The notes beneath the pieces are model-generated. The model did no database searches and was not told where the DNA came from. It worked only from the letters and a program-made list of their open reading frames with translations. A stretch of 62,910 nucleotides of DNA, the filler included, from Globobulimina sp. (taxonomy: Eukaryota): NCBI GenBank assembly GCA_003354225.1. It is 57 parts of 57 records of this genome, joined end to end, with 100 filler letters (N's around TTAATTAATTAA, not from the genome) between each part and the next. Parts side by side here need not be neighbours in the genome. Positions count along the whole stretch, not along the records: positions 60,802 to 61,806 come from PIVH01026056.1; positions 61,907 to 62,910 come from PIVH01026057.1; 55 more parts are not named here. One strand, 5' to 3'. The translations under genes and the position numbers were made by a program. Shown here one piece after another: positions 61,448 through 62,910 of this stretch. The stretch's first letter is position 1. Each line of letters begins with the position of its first letter.

Positions 61448-61806
61448 TTACGAAAGGATTGTTTTTGAGTACTTGATTATATTTAGTTGTACTAATTTTA
61501 TAACGGATCTTATTTCATATTTTAGTATGGGATTATTAAGTAGTTTATATTCATTATTTGGTATTGGGACTGTTGTATCAATTCGCGATGGATTTAGTAT
61601 TTTTGAATTATTATTTTGTTTCACTTTGTCGTGTTTAATATTATGTATATCATTTCTATCATTTATTGGTTCATTTCTATGGTTTTTAAGGAATTCAGGG
61701 ACAAAGTTATTTATATAATCATGCAATTTTTTATGTTTATTGTTAGATTTGGGCCTTGGAGGTCTTGTCATGGCCTCTTGTAATACCTTTGCCTGTTGGA
61801 ATGGGT
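61448..61806 (-). pseudogene. Possible decayed non-LTR ORF2 (pre-RT region)
   Basis: LLNNPILKYEIRSVIK resembles the start of LINE RT; frame collapses afterwards. Confidence 0.3.
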
Positions 61807-61906
61807 NNNNNNNNNNNNNNNNNNNNNNNNNNNNNNNNNNNNNNNNNNNNTTAATTAATTAANNNNNNNNNNNNNNNNNNNNNNNNNNNNNNNNNNNNNN
61901 NNNNNN

Positions 61907-62064
61907 TATTTTCCTTCCGTTTTTTTTGGTAAAGTATAATTTAAATATGTCTGCGATGTAAATCTCTGTCCATTATCTGCTTTAATCATTTGTGTTAATT
62001 TATTGCCTTTAATAATCCATTCATACTGTCCTTTGTACATATTACTGTTTTCTCTGCTTGCCAT
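61907..62064 (-). CDS. MATH/TRAF-like protein, 5' end
   Basis: YEWIIKGNKLTQMIKADNGQRFTSQTY. Confidence 0.45.
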
Positions 62065-62193
62065 TGCGAATTGCCAGATGATTTTCTTAGCAAAATTGTT
62101 GACTTTGTTATAGTGGTTTTCATGCTTACATCATTTTTTTCTAACATCTGCAGTACGGGTCAATTGATTAAATCTAGACAATTTGCATAGTAT

Positions 62194-62910
62194 TTACACT
62201 ATACTTACATTAAATTGATAAGAGAGAAGATTTACAGATAAGAACGTCACATAGTAAACAAATAAAAAAAAGCCAATATACTTATTCAATATCCAGCCAT
62301 TGTAGCCCACAGAGACCAAATACATTGAAATTCCTGCCATGACTCCAAAACACCCAAACAAGATATTGGTTGAGATCGGCACCGTTGCCTCGCCATGTTC
62401 GAGGCAAACAAGTGTTGTCCCCAAACCCACTCCGATCAGTACGTCCAATGTCGGCCCTCCAATGGCCGCCGCAATGCCCATCTTGGCATAGCCTCTGCGA
62501 CTTACACCGACATCTGCCACCAAGTCAGGCGTACTGTTGCCCCACGCCAACACCGTCAAACCCAAAATGGCCAAATCAATGGATGAGACCACCCCCAATG
62601 TCGACAATATATTCACCACTTCGACCGCAGCCAAATTGATCCATGCCACAGCCGACAAAAAGCCCAGCAATAAAAAAAAATACTGCATCACCGGCTGTCG
62701 CTTTAATTGCTGAGCAACCTCTCGCTGACTCTCTGCATCTTTCCTCATCGACTCAGACAATTTAGGCTCCAGTAACTCGATACCACTCTCAATATAGGCA
62801 TCGCCATCGCTGTCCATATCAGTTTGCCTGCTCATTCTATATTTCTTCCTGCACAAATAATAGGTGACAGCACTCATAACAACGCCAAAAAGTAAGGCCA
62901 CAGCCCACAG
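62194..62910 (-). CDS. Cation/Ca2+ exchanger (CCX/NCLX type), C-terminal half
   Basis: Alpha-2 repeat ILGLTVLAWGNSTPDLVAD...MGIAAAIGGPTLDVLIGVG. Confidence 0.93.
   Translation of the reverse strand: MWAVALLFGVVMSAVTYYLCRKKYRMSRQTDMDSDGDAYIESGIELLEPKLSESMRKDAESQREVAQQLKRQPVMQYFFLLLGFLSAVAWINLAAVEVVNILSTLGVVSSIDLAILGLTVLAWGNSTPDLVADVGVSRRGYAKMGIAAAIGGPTLDVLIGVGLGTTLVCLEHGEATVPISTNILFGCFGVMAGISMYLVSVGYNGWILNKYIGFFLFVYYVTFLSVNLLSYQFNVSIV

Noticed and set aside
1185-62910. Genome-wide stop-codon reassignment (TAA/TAG to Gln)
   Set aside because: Conserved genes end properly at TAA (PAM18, FNT), TAG (carboxypeptidase, PiT) and TGA (PEX11); only isolated internal stops were seen
1-62910. Gene-sized nanochromosomes suggested by uniform 1-kb pieces
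   Set aside because: No telomeric repeats at contig ends, genes are cut mid-frame, and the uniform size reflects length sorting

Overview
This is not a contiguous locus. It is a concatenation of 57 unrelated contigs of about 1005-1006 bp in descending length order, joined by an artificial 100-nt linker (44 N + TTAATTAATTAA + 44 N), so neighbourhood across a linker has no meaning. Most contigs are AT-rich, gene-dense eukaryotic DNA with short (about 50-80 nt) spliceosomal introns. Their protein families (MYND fingers, F-box-like and kelch proteins, 7TM-like proteins, poly-Asn tracts) suggest a rhizarian or foraminiferan protist; this is inference, not proof. A few contigs look metazoan (Cys-loop channel, DEG/ENaC exons) or bacterial (NRPS carrier domain, surface-protein-like ORF), which points to a metagenome or amplified single-cell assembly. 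Recognisable genes: PEX11, GlnA4-like glutamine synthetase, serine carboxypeptidase, VAC14, PAM18, formate/nitrite transporter, AspRS, UGGT, arylsulfatase, PI3K, PiT phosphate transporter and a CCX-type Na/Ca exchanger. Mobile DNA: a Gypsy-like integrase, a divergent non-LTR RT with LMDD, a DIRS-like tyrosine recombinase, a Polinton-type pPolB split by 49-50 nt introns, several MITE or foldback structures and satellites. The best leads are the intron-containing Polinton polymerase, the intron-bearing bacterial-type GlnA4, six head-to-head gene pairs only 35-112 bp apart, a 75-aa C-terminal module shared by two otherwise unrelated genes, and the LMDD RT. All protein calls are from motif recognition by eye; no searches were run.
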